DNA of 64,000 nucleotides from an uncultured Actinomycetes bacterium (GTDB lineage Bacteria; Actinomycetota; UBA4738; HRBIN12), in the NCBI GenBank assembly GCA_963823255.1, contig CAWGKU010000004.1, positions 35,112-99,111 on the forward strand. The letters are read 5' to 3'. Under the pieces are notes generated by a model. It did no database searches. It worked only from the letters and a program-made list of their open reading frames with translations, and was not told the DNA's origin. Positions 27,853 to 38,272 of this stretch are shown here, in pieces. Position 1 is the stretch's first letter. The number at the start of each line of letters is the position of its first letter. The position numbers were made by a program, and so were the translations under genes.

Positions 27853-28312
27853 CGCGATACCTCCTCGAGATCGGCTGCGGGAGCGAATCTCACTCTAGCC
27901 GCCTGGGGGCGGATCCCGACCGCATACCCGCAGGGAGCTCAGGCTTGCCGCTCTGGCCCTCGAGAGCGCGGCTCGACGTGGTCTCGCGACGGCTCGAGCA
28001 GGCCTGCCGGGAAGGCGACCAGTGATGCAATCCCGTCAACGTCGTGGCCTGCCCGAAGGAGGATCTCCAGTCCACGTGCTCGCCGACCCCTCCCCCTCTC
28101 GCGGCTCGACCTGACGGAGCTCCCAATACCGTGGGCAGGTTGGCGAACCCGTGGGTACCGCAGATGGACCCCTGACACGTCGAGGCCCCGGCTAAGAGGG
28201 GTCGCAAGCCCGTTAGGTCGCCGGACCTGCTGACTGCAGGCCGGACGGCCCTTCGCTCACGGCAGCCTCACAAATACGATGAGCTGTCGCGTTCAGAAGA
28301 AGGAGGAGTGTC

Positions 28313-28708
28313 ATGAACGCCTCCGACATCATGCGCCGGCCTGTGGTCGCGGCCACCCCGACCGCCACTGCTCGGGACGTTGCGATCCAGCTCCTCATGG
28401 GTGAGTTCAGCGGGGTTCCGATCGCTCAGAGCGACGGGAGCGTGGTCGGGATCGTGACCGAGCTCGACCTGATCCGAGCTGTCCTGCGCGCTGGAAAGGC
28501 TTTGGAGACCACGCTCGCCCAGGACATCATGACGAGGGACGTCACGACCGTAGACGCGCAAACGCCCATGGAGGAGGTGATGAGGGTCCTGGAGGAGAAG
28601 AACATCATCCGGGTCCCGGTGACCGACGAGGGCAAGCTCGTTGGGGTCATCTCGCGGTCGGACATTCTGAGGGCCATGATCGAACCAACGTTCCTACGGT
28701 TCGCCTGA
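28313..28708 (+). CDS. CBS-pair domain protein
   Basis: Two CBS motifs (IMRRPVVAATPTATARDVAIQLL...GVPIAQSDGSVVGIVTELDLIRAV and IMTRDVTTVDAQTPMEEVMRVLEEKNIIRVPVTDEGKLVGVISRSDILRAM). Confidence 0.85.
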   Translation: MNASDIMRRPVVAATPTATARDVAIQLLMGEFSGVPIAQSDGSVVGIVTELDLIRAVLRAGKALETTLAQDIMTRDVTTVDAQTPMEEVMRVLEEKNIIRVPVTDEGKLVGVISRSDILRAMIEPTFLRFA

Positions 28709-28859
28709 GGTCATCGCGGTTGCTCGGACGATCGCGGCCGGGCTAGTGCCTCCTGCAGGGATAGGGCTCGCGCCGAGTCTAAAGACCCTGTCCCAGGGGG
28801 TCCTTCTCCCCTGTCTCCGTTCACGTGCCGCCTTCTAATGTTGCCCCAAGGAGGCCGTC

Positions 28860-29135
28860 ATGGGGAACTGGATGCAGTTCGAGAAGTGTGCCGGGTGCGG
28901 TTGGGACATCGGGACAGGCGAGGGCGAGCGGAGCTGTTCGTGGGGCGAATGTGCGTACCTGCCCGAGGAATTGGATGTGTACTGCGAGCAGTGCCGCTTC
29001 AACTACTTCAGCCTCGAGGGCAATCCCTCCTGTGATGATCCGTTGACCTGCGAGCACGCCTCGGTCCCTCTCGCACACGCAGAGAACTACCGCCGGTGGG
29101 CGGCGGGGCGCGGCGTCTCTGTCGTCGCCTCATGA
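28860..29135 (+). CDS. Cys-rich small protein (8 Cys; putative metal-binding)
   Basis: RBS AAGGAGG. CAGCGW...CSWGEC...CEQC...C...C pattern. 91 aa. Confidence 0.5.
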   Translation: MGNWMQFEKCAGCGWDIGTGEGERSCSWGECAYLPEELDVYCEQCRFNYFSLEGNPSCDDPLTCEHASVPLAHAENYRRWAAGRGVSVVAS

Positions 29136-29160
29136 GCGGCACGGAGCCTCGAGGAGACGC

Positions 29161-29565
29161 ATGAGCACGACGGCGGCCCCTCCAATCCTACTTGTGGAGC
29201 ATGACGAACAGCGAAGGGCTCTCATCGGCGGCTGGCTGCAAGACGCCGGTTACGATGTCCTCACGTGCCCCGGCCCGTCAGCCCCAGAGTACTCCTGTAT
29301 CGGCAGTCGAGCAGGTGGATGCGCGCTGGTCGATCCCGCCTCGGTGGTCGTACTCGACCTCTCGTTCTCGCCCGACGCGACGGTCCGAGCTCCGATCGGC
29401 GCCCATCTCCTCGGTTTCTACCTCCTCACCGGCAAACCAATCATCGCGATGGGACGCGGGGACGATCTCCTCGCAGATCCGCTCGAGAACCAACTCGTCG
29501 CTCTCGAGCGGACGCCAGATCGTGGCGACCTCCTCGCGATGGTCCGCTCGGTGATCCCCGCTTGA
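29161..29565 (+). CDS. Stand-alone receiver (REC-like) domain protein
   Basis: PILLVEHDEQRRALIGGWLQDAGYDVLTC...VVVLDLS has the CheY-like fold pattern. No output domain. Confidence 0.55.
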   Translation: MSTTAAPPILLVEHDEQRRALIGGWLQDAGYDVLTCPGPSAPEYSCIGSRAGGCALVDPASVVVLDLSFSPDATVRAPIGAHLLGFYLLTGKPIIAMGRGDDLLADPLENQLVALERTPDRGDLLAMVRSVIPA

Positions 29566-29901
29566 GCTAACGTTGCGACTCCGCTGCGTTCATCAACCGC
29601 CCGTCATCCCTCGGGCGGCGAAGCCCATCATGCCCCGTGTGAGCATCCACATCATCCCTCAGCCTCCTGGTGCTCCCGTACCTTCCGTCGAGGCGAACGC
29701 TCGTCGACTCCGGTCATTACAGGTATCTCCAAGCTTCCTGCGGGTCCGCTCCTCCGAAACTCGGCACGATCTTCGTGCCCGCAGCCTCCTCGATCACGAC
29801 ACACGATCCACGTCCCCGCGAGTCAAGCGCCGGGGAGGAACGGGGATCCGTCTCGCCGCGATCAGCATCGGGCGTCGTCCGAAGGTGCGGGCCGAACGGA
29901 G

Positions 29902-30237
29902 TCAGTCCGAAGCGAGCACCCACATCTCCTCGAACGGTGTCGTGACGTGCCAAGTCGTCGCGATGCCCGGCGGAAGCGAGAACAGATCCCCGACCCCGAC
30001 ATCCAGCGTGTCACCACCCGCGATCTCGATCCGCACGGACCCCTCCAGGATCAACGCGACCTCTCGCCCCTCGGGGGTCCATGGCACCGGACCGTCCACG
30101 CTCGTGAAGCGTGTCAGCCCGGCGTGGACGCCGTCGGCGTGGACGAGCTCGTGCATCACGCTTCCGGGCACCTCGGGGTCGGATTCCCACTCGTCGGTCG
30201 AGGCCTTCGAGACGAACACGCCGGGGTACGGCTCCAT
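29902..30237 (-). CDS. Cupin-domain protein
   Basis: 111 aa. ALILEGSVRIEIAGGDTLDVGVGDLFSLPPGIATTWHV has the cupin beta-barrel motif. Confidence 0.7.
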   Translation of the reverse strand: MEPYPGVFVSKASTDEWESDPEVPGSVMHELVHADGVHAGLTRFTSVDGPVPWTPEGREVALILEGSVRIEIAGGDTLDVGVGDLFSLPPGIATTWHVTTPFEEMWVLASD

Positions 30238-30387
30238 CCTTCGCCCTCCTTCGGGTCCTCAGGTCAGCGAGAGCACGCTACAGGGCGAACCCCCGAGCTG
30301 GTCGAGGGTTCTCGATGGGACAAGGGGTTGCCGTAGCTCTCCGGTCCGGGGCTAGGATCTTCTGAGTTGGATGAGGAAGGAGCATCG

Positions 30388-30699
30388 ATGCCCATCTTTC
30401 AGACCGCGCACTACCAGGTGAACAGCGACGCCGTCGGGAAGGTGAAGGATGCGATCGAGGATTTCGTCGGCTACGTCGGCGAGCATGAGCCGGGTACCAA
30501 AATGTATGCGGCGTGGCAACAGCTCGACGACCCGACGCGGTTCGTGCACCTCTTCATATTCGAAGACGAGGCCGCGCACGCAACACATGGCGCGTCCGAG
30601 GCAGTGCGGCGATTCGAGGCCGTCTACAAGCCGGAATTAGTCGATGGACCGGTCGTGTTCACCGATTACTCACTCGTGGCGGCGAACACCGAGACGTGA
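30388..30699 (+). CDS. Antibiotic-biosynthesis-monooxygenase (ABM) domain protein
   Basis: RBS GAGGAAGGAG. ~104 aa ferredoxin-like ABM pattern (FVHLFIFEDEAAHATHGASEAVRRFEAV). Confidence 0.6.
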   Translation: MPIFQTAHYQVNSDAVGKVKDAIEDFVGYVGEHEPGTKMYAAWQQLDDPTRFVHLFIFEDEAAHATHGASEAVRRFEAVYKPELVDGPVVFTDYSLVAANTET

Positions 30700-30892
30700 A
30701 TCTGAGGATGGCTCGTCCTCATTTCGGCGGCAACTGTCGACTTCGGCCATCCCTGTTCGACCATCACGAGGGGGAGGACGAGCTGGACGAGGAGGACCGA
30801 TGAAGTATCTGCTCTTGCTGGCGGGCGAGCCGGGCGTTGGGCCGGCCCCCGGATCCGCCGCGTGCCCGCCTCGACGTTGCACGCGGACAGGA

Positions 30893-31684
30893 CTAACGAG
30901 AGCGCTCGCGGTTGTACAGCTTCAGCGCCCACCCGTAGCTGATCAGCGTGATTCCCAGACACCAGGCGACTGCAAGTAGAGCGCTGTCGCCGATCGCCGC
31001 GCCGAGGAGCAGCCCGCGCAGCGTCTCGATGATCGGGGTGAACGGCTGGTGCTCCGCGAACCACGCCAGGCTGGCCGGCATCGATCCGGTGGGGACGAAG
31101 CCGCTGCTCAGGAAGGGCAGTAGGATCAGCGGCATGGGGAGGTTGCTCGCGGCTTCCACGCTCTTCGGGAACAGGCCGAGCGCGACCGCCAGCCAGGTGA
31201 TCGCCAGGGTCGACATCAGGAGCACGCCGGCGGCAGCCATCCACTCGACCGGCGACGCGGTGGGCCGGAACCCGATCACGAAGGCAACACCGACGACGGC
31301 GGCCAGCCCGAGCATCGTCTGGACCGTGCTTCCCAGGACGTGACCGGTCAACACCGAGGCGCGGGCGATCCCCATCGTGCGGAACCGGGCGATGATGCCC
31401 TCGGTCATGTCCATCGAGACCGCGATCGCCGTTCCCTGGGACGAGCCCGCGATCGCCATGAGCAGGATCCCCGGAACGACGTAGTCGACGTAGGCGCCCC
31501 GGCCGCTCGAGGCGATTCCGAGACCCGCGCCGAGCGTGCCGCCGAACGCGTACACGAACAGGAGCAGGAGCACGACGGGGATCCCGAACACCATGAAGGT
31601 AACCGCCGGGTAGCGCACCGCGTGTTTCAGGTTGCGTCGCAGCATCGTGTTCGAATCGCTGAGGGCATTGGCGATGGTGCTCAT
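30893..31684 (-). CDS. ABC-2 type transporter permease (DrrB-like)
   Basis: 263 aa, 6 TM. ATGA overlap with the upstream ATPase. Confidence 0.85.
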   Translation of the reverse strand: MSTIANALSDSNTMLRRNLKHAVRYPAVTFMVFGIPVVLLLLFVYAFGGTLGAGLGIASSGRGAYVDYVVPGILLMAIAGSSQGTAIAVSMDMTEGIIARFRTMGIARASVLTGHVLGSTVQTMLGLAAVVGVAFVIGFRPTASPVEWMAAAGVLLMSTLAITWLAVALGLFPKSVEAASNLPMPLILLPFLSSGFVPTGSMPASLAWFAEHQPFTPIIETLRGLLLGAAIGDSALLAVAWCLGITLISYGWALKLYNRERSR

Positions 31685-32640
31685 GGCGAGGCCATCCCTT
31701 CCGTGTCGGAGTCACCGGTGAGGGTGAGGAAGACGTCGTCCAGGTCGGGTGTGTGGACCGAGAAGCTCTCGACCTCGATCGATGCCGCGATGAGGCGATC
31801 GAGGAGGTCGTGGAGCGATCGGACGTCGGCATCGCTCGGGACCATCAGCACGAGGCCGCCCTCGTCCCGCGCGGAGCCCGGGATGATCGAGGCGGCCGAC
31901 GCAAGGGACCGCGCATCCGCGAACTGCAGCCGGACGTGCGCGCCGGGGATCAGGCGCTTGAGCTCGTCGGGGGTCCCTTCGGCGACGATCCTGCCCCGGT
32001 CCAGGACCGCGACCCGATCCGCCAGCTGATCCGCCTCCTCCAGGTAGTGCGTCGTTAGGAAGATCGTGACCCCGTCGGCGACGAGCCCGCGGATGATCCG
32101 CCACATCGTGCGGCGGCTGCGAGGGTCCAGGCCGGTGGTCGGCTCGTCGAGGAAGATGATCCGAGGCTCGCCGACCAGGGTCATCGCGAGGTCGAGCCGT
32201 CGACGCTCACCGCCCGAGTAGGTCGAAGCCGGCCTGCCCGCCTCCTCCACCATGTCGAGGCGGTCAAGCAGCTCCGCCGTGACACGCCTGCCTTCGACCC
32301 TGCCGAGGTGATGCAGGTCGGCCATGAGCGTCAGGTTCTCCTCGCCCGTGAGGAGCGTGTCCACGGCGACGAACTGGCCGGTGACGCCGATCACGCCCCG
32401 GACCGCATCCGCCTCCCGGACCGGGTCGTGGCCCGCCACGCGAACCTCCCCCGCGTCGGCCCCGATCAGCGTGGACAGGATCTGCACGATCGTGGTCTTC
32501 CCGGCGCCGTTCGGCCCGAGCAGTGCGAAGATCGTGCCCTGCCTGACGCTCAGGTCGATGCTGTCCACGGCCACCGTGTCGCGGTACGACTTGCGGAGCC
32601 CTGTCGCCGTCAGTACGGGCCGGTCGATACTGATGGTCAT
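31681..32640 (-). CDS. ABC transporter ATP-binding protein (DrrA-like)
   Basis: I start it at MTISIDRPVLTATGLRKSY. Walker A GPNGAGKTT, signature YSGGERRRLDLAMTL, Walker B IIFLDEPTTGLD. Confidence 0.85.
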   Translation of the reverse strand: MTISIDRPVLTATGLRKSYRDTVAVDSIDLSVRQGTIFALLGPNGAGKTTIVQILSTLIGADAGEVRVAGHDPVREADAVRGVIGVTGQFVAVDTLLTGEENLTLMADLHHLGRVEGRRVTAELLDRLDMVEEAGRPASTYSGGERRRLDLAMTLVGEPRIIFLDEPTTGLDPRSRRTMWRIIRGLVADGVTIFLTTHYLEEADQLADRVAVLDRGRIVAEGTPDELKRLIPGAHVRLQFADARSLASAASIIPGSARDEGGLVLMVPSDADVRSLHDLLDRLIAASIEVESFSVHTPDLDDVFLTLTGDSDTEGMASP

Positions 32641-33524
32641 GAACCCCCCTTCCGCGTGCCGGCCTCCAAGGAGCGGCGGATCGTGATGTCGCCCATGGAC
32701 AGTCTGGGCGTGTACCTCGACCGCATCCTCGCTCGCCTCGGGACGGTCCCCCGCCTCGAGATCGTTCTGCACCGTGCCGAACTTCGTATCGAGATCCAGC
32801 CAGGCGGGGACGCCATCGCGGACGCCGACCTCGACGCTGCCGAACGCGCTCTGAGCAACCACGGCGCCGCGTTCCACCTGGTTCAAACGGACGTTGCCGT
32901 TGGCGGTCTTGGCGACCACCCCCGCGTGTGCGCGATCGATCGAGATCCTGCCGTTGGCCGCGTTCACCCGCGCCTCCCCCGTGACCTCGCCGATCCACGT
33001 GTCGCCGTTGCCGTTCTTGACGATCGCCCGTCCGTCGACGCTCGCGATCGCGACGGAACCGGATCCCGTGTTGACCTCGGCGGTGCCGTCGATCCGGTCG
33101 ACGATCACGTCGCCGGCGCCGGTCTTGAGGTCGGCCTGACTGGCCCCTTCGACACGGATGTCCCCGACGCCCGTGCGGAAGCGGCATCCGCCGATGCGAC
33201 CCGTGGAGCGGACCGCCCCCACGCCGGTCTGACCCGAGAGGCTGGAACCGGCGGGGACGTCGATCTCCACCTCGATCGATTCCGATCGCCCCGTGGGCCC
33301 AACGGGCTCCACTGCCTCCAGCCCTTGGGAGCGCGAACCAGGAGCCGGCCGTTCGCGTACTCGACCCTGGTCTGCTCGGCGGCCATGACGTCGGAACGGT
33401 TCGTCGGGTCTCTCGGGCGCACGTCGACACTCGTGTCGGGTCGATCGGTGGCTGCGATCTGGACGCCGCCGACGCCGAGCTCCACGGTGACCGCGATGGG
33501 TTCGGGGGTTTCGAAGGTCTGCAT
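32638..33524 (-). CDS. DUF4097 family beta-strand repeat protein (putative adhesin-like), two apparent frameshifts
   Basis: The N-terminus MQTFETPEPIAVTVELGVGGVQIAATDRPDTSVDVRP (ORF 33105..33524) continues in another frame as SIEVEIDVPAGSSLSGQTGVGAVRSTG... The C-terminus switches frame again at a C7 homopolymer (32641-32647) next to the DrrA start. Confidence 0.6.
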
Positions 33525-33540
33525 GGATGACTCCTTTCGG

Positions 33541-34068
33541 CTAGCGCGCCCAGCCCGTGTATCGCTGGGCGCCGTACGACCTTCGCCGTTCGCGCCGCCG
33601 CGGCGGATCCGTCCAGTCGAGCGCTGCGGCGGCGGCCCGGACGAGCCACGAGTTCACGGACAGGCCGTCGTCCGCCGCCGCGCGCTCGATCCGCGCCTTC
33701 AGGTGCTCGGGCAGGCGAAGGTTGATCCGCGAGATGGCACCCTCGTCGCCCTCCGGGGTCCGCACCACATCGGGCCACGCCGACGCGTCGTCCCCCTCCC
33801 GGACCTCCTCGACGGAGGGATCGTTGGGGGGCGGGGTCACCACGAACTCCGGATCGCGGCCGCGCAGACGCAGCTCGACCGAGCCCGGCGCCAGCTCGAC
33901 CGTGATCTCCTCCGCCGCGGCCGCCAGAGCGTCCTGCAACGAGAGGCGGATCGACGCGTCGAGGGGTGCGAGCAGGCGCTCCACGAGGAGCCGGGCGTCC
34001 TCGCCGCCTGCCTCCGCGGATGCTTCGAGCTGGCGATGGATGGCCTCGATAAACGGTGAGAGGTTCAT
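33541..34068 (-). CDS. HicB-like / ribbon-helix-helix antitoxin-family protein
   Basis: C-terminal RINLRLPEHLKARIERAAADDGLSVNSWLVRAAAAAL is an RHH motif. Commonly found upstream of DUF4097-DrrAB modules. Confidence 0.55.
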   Translation of the reverse strand: MNLSPFIEAIHRQLEASAEAGGEDARLLVERLLAPLDASIRLSLQDALAAAAEEITVELAPGSVELRLRGRDPEFVVTPPPNDPSVEEVREGDDASAWPDVVRTPEGDEGAISRINLRLPEHLKARIERAAADDGLSVNSWLVRAAAAALDWTDPPRRRERRRSYGAQRYTGWAR

Positions 34069-34527
34069 GGCAGCATGATGGCATCATGTTGATGTCATGT
34101 CAACCCACTTTGGTACCGTGATGATGTCTCCGCTTCTACCTTGCCGACGTGCAGTACTCCGGGTCCGACCACGTGCTCGTCGTGACCATCGAGGGACGCG
34201 AACAGGAGCATCTCGACGCCTTCGGGTCGATAGTCGAGCCGCTTCTGCCTACCGTGACCGTTCCGGCGCACGCTCGTAGCGCGTGAGCAATGTCCTGCCT
34301 CGAACTGCCTTGGAACGTCGGGCGCTACCGATCCGTCGCGACGGTCACGGTGCCTGTGTCGGGTCCTGGGATGCACCAAGGCTTCGGTTGCTGGGGCGCA
34401 TGAGGCCTCTGACGGCAGCGAGGTAACCCCAGCGACGGACGGCTACTTCGACCAGCGCGATCAAGAGCGGGGTCGCCACGTGGTCAAGGGCCGAGCCACC
34501 CATGCGCCCCAGCGGCTCCTCCAGCGT

Positions 34528-35703
34528 TTACGCGCCGAGGGCGCGCTTGATCCCTCGGGTCGCCTGACGGATCCGGTGCTCGTTCTCGACGAGGGCGAAG
34601 CGCACGTGCCGGTCACCGGCGACCCCGAAGCCGACACCGGGCGAGACCGCCACTTTCGCCTCCCGTAGAAGGAGCTTCGTGAACTCCAGGGACCCCCCAC
34701 TACGATGTGGTTCGGGGATCTCCGCCCAGACGAACATCGTCGCGCGGGGTGCCGGAACCTCCCAGCCGGCGCGGGCCAGCCCGGCGATCAACGTGTCGCG
34801 CCGGGAGAGGTACACGTTTCGGTACTCCTCGGTACGGTCCTCGCACTCGTTGAGCGCGATGATCCCCGCGATCTGGATCGGCTGGAACACACCGTAGTCC
34901 AGGTAGCTCTTCAGCCGAGTCAGCGCCTCGACCATCTCGGCGTTGCCGACGACGAACGCCAGGCGCCACCCCGGCATCGAGTACGACTTGGACATCGAGA
35001 AGACCTCGACGCCCACTTCCTTCGCGCCGGGCACCTCGAGGAAGCTCGGCGCTCGGTAGCCATCGAAGCACAGGTCTGCGTAGGCGAAGTCGTGGATCAC
35101 GGCGACGTCGTGCTCGCGGGCGAACGCCACAAGGTGCTCGAAGAACGACCGCTCGACGCAGGAGGTGGTGGGGTTGTGCGGGAAGCTCGTGATGATGAGG
35201 CGCGGGCGAGGCCAAGTGCGTTCGAACCCCTCCTGCAGCTCTGAGAAGAAGTCCCCGTCCGCTCCGAGAGGGACCGAGCGGACGTCGGCGCCGGCCAGCG
35301 CCACCGAGAACGTGTGGATGGGGTAGGTGGGCTCAGGCACCAAGCAGGTGTCGCCGGGGGCGACGAGCGTCCACGCGATGTGCCCGATCGCTTCCTTCGC
35401 CCCCATCGTGACCACCACCTCGGTCTCCGGGTCCAGCCGGACCCCGTAGCGGCGCTCGTACCGGCTTGCGATCGCCCGGCGCAGGTTCGGGAGACCACGG
35501 CTGGTGGAGTACCTGTGGTTCCGCGGATCGCGTGCCGCCTCAGCGAGCTTGTCCACGACCGGCTCGGGCGAGGCGAGGTCGGGATTGCCCATTCCGAGGT
35601 CGACCACGTCCTCGCCCTCGCGGCGTGCCGCCGCTTTCAGGTCGTTGATAACGTTGAAGACGTAAGGGGGCAGCCTGTCGATCCGTCGGAACTCCTTCAC
35701 CAT
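34528..35703 (-). CDS. PLP-dependent class I aminotransferase (alanine aminotransferase AlaA-like)
   Basis: [23 protein letters not shown]... with PLP-lysine region [15 protein letters not shown]. ~392 aa. Confidence 0.85.
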   Translation of the reverse strand: MVKEFRRIDRLPPYVFNVINDLKAAARREGEDVVDLGMGNPDLASPEPVVDKLAEAARDPRNHRYSTSRGLPNLRRAIASRYERRYGVRLDPETEVVVTMGAKEAIGHIAWTLVAPGDTCLVPEPTYPIHTFSVALAGADVRSVPLGADGDFFSELQEGFERTWPRPRLIITSFPHNPTTSCVERSFFEHLVAFAREHDVAVIHDFAYADLCFDGYRAPSFLEVPGAKEVGVEVFSMSKSYSMPGWRLAFVVGNAEMVEALTRLKSYLDYGVFQPIQIAGIIALNECEDRTEEYRNVYLSRRDTLIAGLARAGWEVPAPRATMFVWAEIPEPHRSGGSLEFTKLLLREAKVAVSPGVGFGVAGDRHVRFALVENEHRIRQATRGIKRALGA

Positions 35704-35959
35704 GATCCCCATCGGCCGTGCGCACGCCCCCCAGATTCGGGGCCGGTCGCGCCTCCGGTGCAGTCTTGCAGAGCCCGTCGCCGCTCCACCACCCCGCCAC
35801 ACACCTCGGCCCGCGCGGTAGCGTTCCGGCCACTAGCGGGTCGCGGGGGCATCGTGTCCGGAGCACCTCCCGACCTCTATCCATACCCGTGACCTCGACC
35901 GGCCGACCGGGGCGCGCCGGACGCCTCTTGGCTCCGGCCGGGTTGACAGGGCGTGGCGG

Positions 35960-38272
35960 ATGGGGGATATCCGCCGAACGGATCGTCGGTGGGGCGGGTC
36001 GAGCGGCGGAGGCCGCCGACAACTCCCGCCGCTGGATGAGGGATCGGCGGAGCGATGGTCGAGCGAAGCGAACGGGACCGGGCGAGGAGCGACCGAGCCG
36101 CGCGGGGACGCGTCGGTCCCCATCGCGGTCGATCGGGTACCGCCGAGGCGGCAGCGCCGACCCACCGGAGCGCCGGCGCCGTTGCCGAAGACGATCGGCG
36201 TCACCGGGTGGCTCTGGGTGACGGCCGCGCTCGTCGTCGTGCTGCTGGGCTCGCTGTGGCTCTATCTCTCGCCGGGACCGCTCGACCGGTTCGACGCGGC
36301 GCTGATGCGTCCGATCGTCGCCCTCCGGACCGGGTGGCTGAACTCGCTCGCTCGCGGGGTGAACGCGATCGGCTCGACGTGGGGATTGGTCCTGCTCGGC
36401 CTCGTCACGATGGGGGTCACGGCGTACTTCCGGCGTTTCCGCCACCTCATCGTGTTCCTCGTGAGCCTGGCCGTGCTCCAGTTCGGGTCGGCGACGTTGA
36501 ACATCGTGTCGACGAGGGCTCGGCCGTTCAACGTGACGCAGATCGCCGGTTGGCAGGGATACTCGTCCCCCGCGCTCCCGATCGCTGCCCTCACGGCCCT
36601 GCTGATCGGCATCACGTTCATGCTCGTCGTCCCCGGCCGGCCGCGCTGGCGCGCGAAGGTCGCGACCGCTGCGATCGTCGCGACCGTGGGCGTCCTCCGG
36701 ATCTACCTCGGGGTCGAGCACCCGACGGACCTGGTCTTCGCGGCGATCCTCGGTGTGGCCATCCCGATAGCGTTGTTCCGCGCCTTCGTCCCCAACGACG
36801 CCTTCCCGGTCCGCTACGGCCCGCGCGGCAAGGCCGCCCATCTGGACGTGGGCGGTCGCCGGGGCGAGGCGATCCGGTTGGCGATGCAGGATCAGCTCGG
36901 GTTGACGATCCTCGAGACAAAGCTGGTGGGGCTCGAGGGGTCGGGCGGCTCGACGCCGCTGAAGCTCCGCGTCGTCGACGAGCAGGGCGTTGAGCGATCG
37001 GTGTTCGCGAAGCTCTACGCGAAGAACCACGTCCGCGCGGACCGCTGGTACAAGCTCGGTCGAACGATGCTCTACGGCGGCCTCGAGGACGAGACGCCGT
37101 TCCAGACCGTCCGGCGGTTCGTCGAGTACGAGGACTACACGCTGCGCCTGCTGGGCGAGTACGGCTTCCCAACGCCGGCACCCCTCGGCGTCGTCGAGAT
37201 CACCCCCGAGCGCGAGTACCTGATCGCGATGGAGTTCTTCGAGGACGCGCGCGAGATCGGGGAGGCGGAGGTCGACGACCAGGTCATCGAAGAGGGCCTC
37301 CAGCTCGTCCGGCGGTTGTGGGACGTCGGCCTCGCCCATCGGGACATCAAGCCCGCGAACCTGATGGTGCAGGACCGGCACCTCCGGCTGATCGACGTGT
37401 TCTTCGTGCAGGTCCGGCCCTCGCCGTGGCGCCAGGCCGTGGACCTCGCGAACATGATGCTGGTCCTCGGGCTGCGCTCGGACGCCGACACGGTGTATCA
37501 GATGGCCCTGCGGTACTTCTCACCCGAGGAGCTCGCCGAGGCGTTCGCGGCGGCCCGCGGCGTCGCGAGCCCGACCCAGCTACGGTCGATGATGAAGCGG
37601 GAGCGACCCGGGCTCCTCGACGAGTTCCGTGCGCTCGCGCCGGCCCGTCGGCCGATCGCGATCCAGCGGTGGAGCGCCCGTCGCGTCCTCCTGATCGTGC
37701 TCACGATCGTGGTCGTGGTCGTGGCGATCCCGAACACCGTGTCCCTGTTCTTCCCCGCTGCCCGGTCGCGCGGGCGGGGGCAGGTGCGCACGATCTCGAA
37801 CCGGATCGAGGGCACGGTCGGCGATCCGGGCGCCTGCGCGACGGATCGGACGGAGGTCCTGATGGCGCAGGCGGTGCCGTCGGCCAGCGAGCTGCCGTGC
37901 GTGGGGATCCTCCCCCTGGGGTGGACCGTCATCGGCGCCACGATCGTCGACGGCCGAGCGACGATCAGGATGGGCGTCGGGGCCGGAGGGGACGCGTTCG
38001 TCGTGCAGGCCGGGGAGCCCTCCGCGGTTCCGATCGTTGAGGTCACGCTCTCGAGGTCCTGCGATCCCGCCGAGCGGAGCGCCGCCACGCGGATCCTCGA
38101 CGTGCGTGGGGCGTGTATCGGGTACCGGTCCTCGGTCTCGCCGAACGCGGCGGTCGTTCCCACGTTCGATCCGGGCGGCGGGCTATCGCTCGTTCCGCGG
38201 TCGGCGCTGGTCGCCTTCGTCGAGCGTGACGAGGGGCTGAAGCTCTGCGGCGCGGGCGTTCCCTGCCCATGA
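35960..38272 (+). CDS. Fusion membrane protein: PAP2 phosphatase-like domain + protein-kinase-like (Kdo/RIO-type) domain + C-terminal TM and extracytoplasmic domain
   Basis: PAP2-like STRARP...RIYLGVEHPTDLV motifs in a multi-TM region. Kinase catalytic loop LAHRDIKPANLMV and DVF. A late TM (VLLIVLTIVVVVVAI). The N-terminal ~90 aa are Arg-rich, so the true start may be near 36200. Confidence 0.6.
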   Translation: MGDIRRTDRRWGGSSGGGRRQLPPLDEGSAERWSSEANGTGRGATEPRGDASVPIAVDRVPPRRQRRPTGAPAPLPKTIGVTGWLWVTAALVVVLLGSLWLYLSPGPLDRFDAALMRPIVALRTGWLNSLARGVNAIGSTWGLVLLGLVTMGVTAYFRRFRHLIVFLVSLAVLQFGSATLNIVSTRARPFNVTQIAGWQGYSSPALPIAALTALLIGITFMLVVPGRPRWRAKVATAAIVATVGVLRIYLGVEHPTDLVFAAILGVAIPIALFRAFVPNDAFPVRYGPRGKAAHLDVGGRRGEAIRLAMQDQLGLTILETKLVGLEGSGGSTPLKLRVVDEQGVERSVFAKLYAKNHVRADRWYKLGRTMLYGGLEDETPFQTVRRFVEYEDYTLRLLGEYGFPTPAPLGVVEITPEREYLIAMEFFEDAREIGEAEVDDQVIEEGLQLVRRLWDVGLAHRDIKPANLMVQDRHLRLIDVFFVQVRPSPWRQAVDLANMMLVLGLRSDADTVYQMALRYFSPEELAEAFAAARGVASPTQLRSMMKRERPGLLDEFRALAPARRPIAIQRWSARRVLLIVLTIVVVVVAIPNTVSLFFPAARSRGRGQVRTISNRIEGTVGDPGACATDRTEVLMAQAVPSASELPCVGILPLGWTVIGATIVDGRATIRMGVGAGGDAFVVQAGEPSAVPIVEVTLSRSCDPAERSAATRILDVRGACIGYRSSVSPNAAVVPTFDPGGGLSLVPRSALVAFVERDEGLKLCGAGVPCP

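Noticed and set aside
31681-33312. 543-aa ORF read as a single protein.
   Set aside because: It is a read-through fusion of DUF4097 and DrrA ATPase, caused by a C7 homopolymer exactly where a stop/ATGA overlap is expected. The two parts belong to distinct conserved families.
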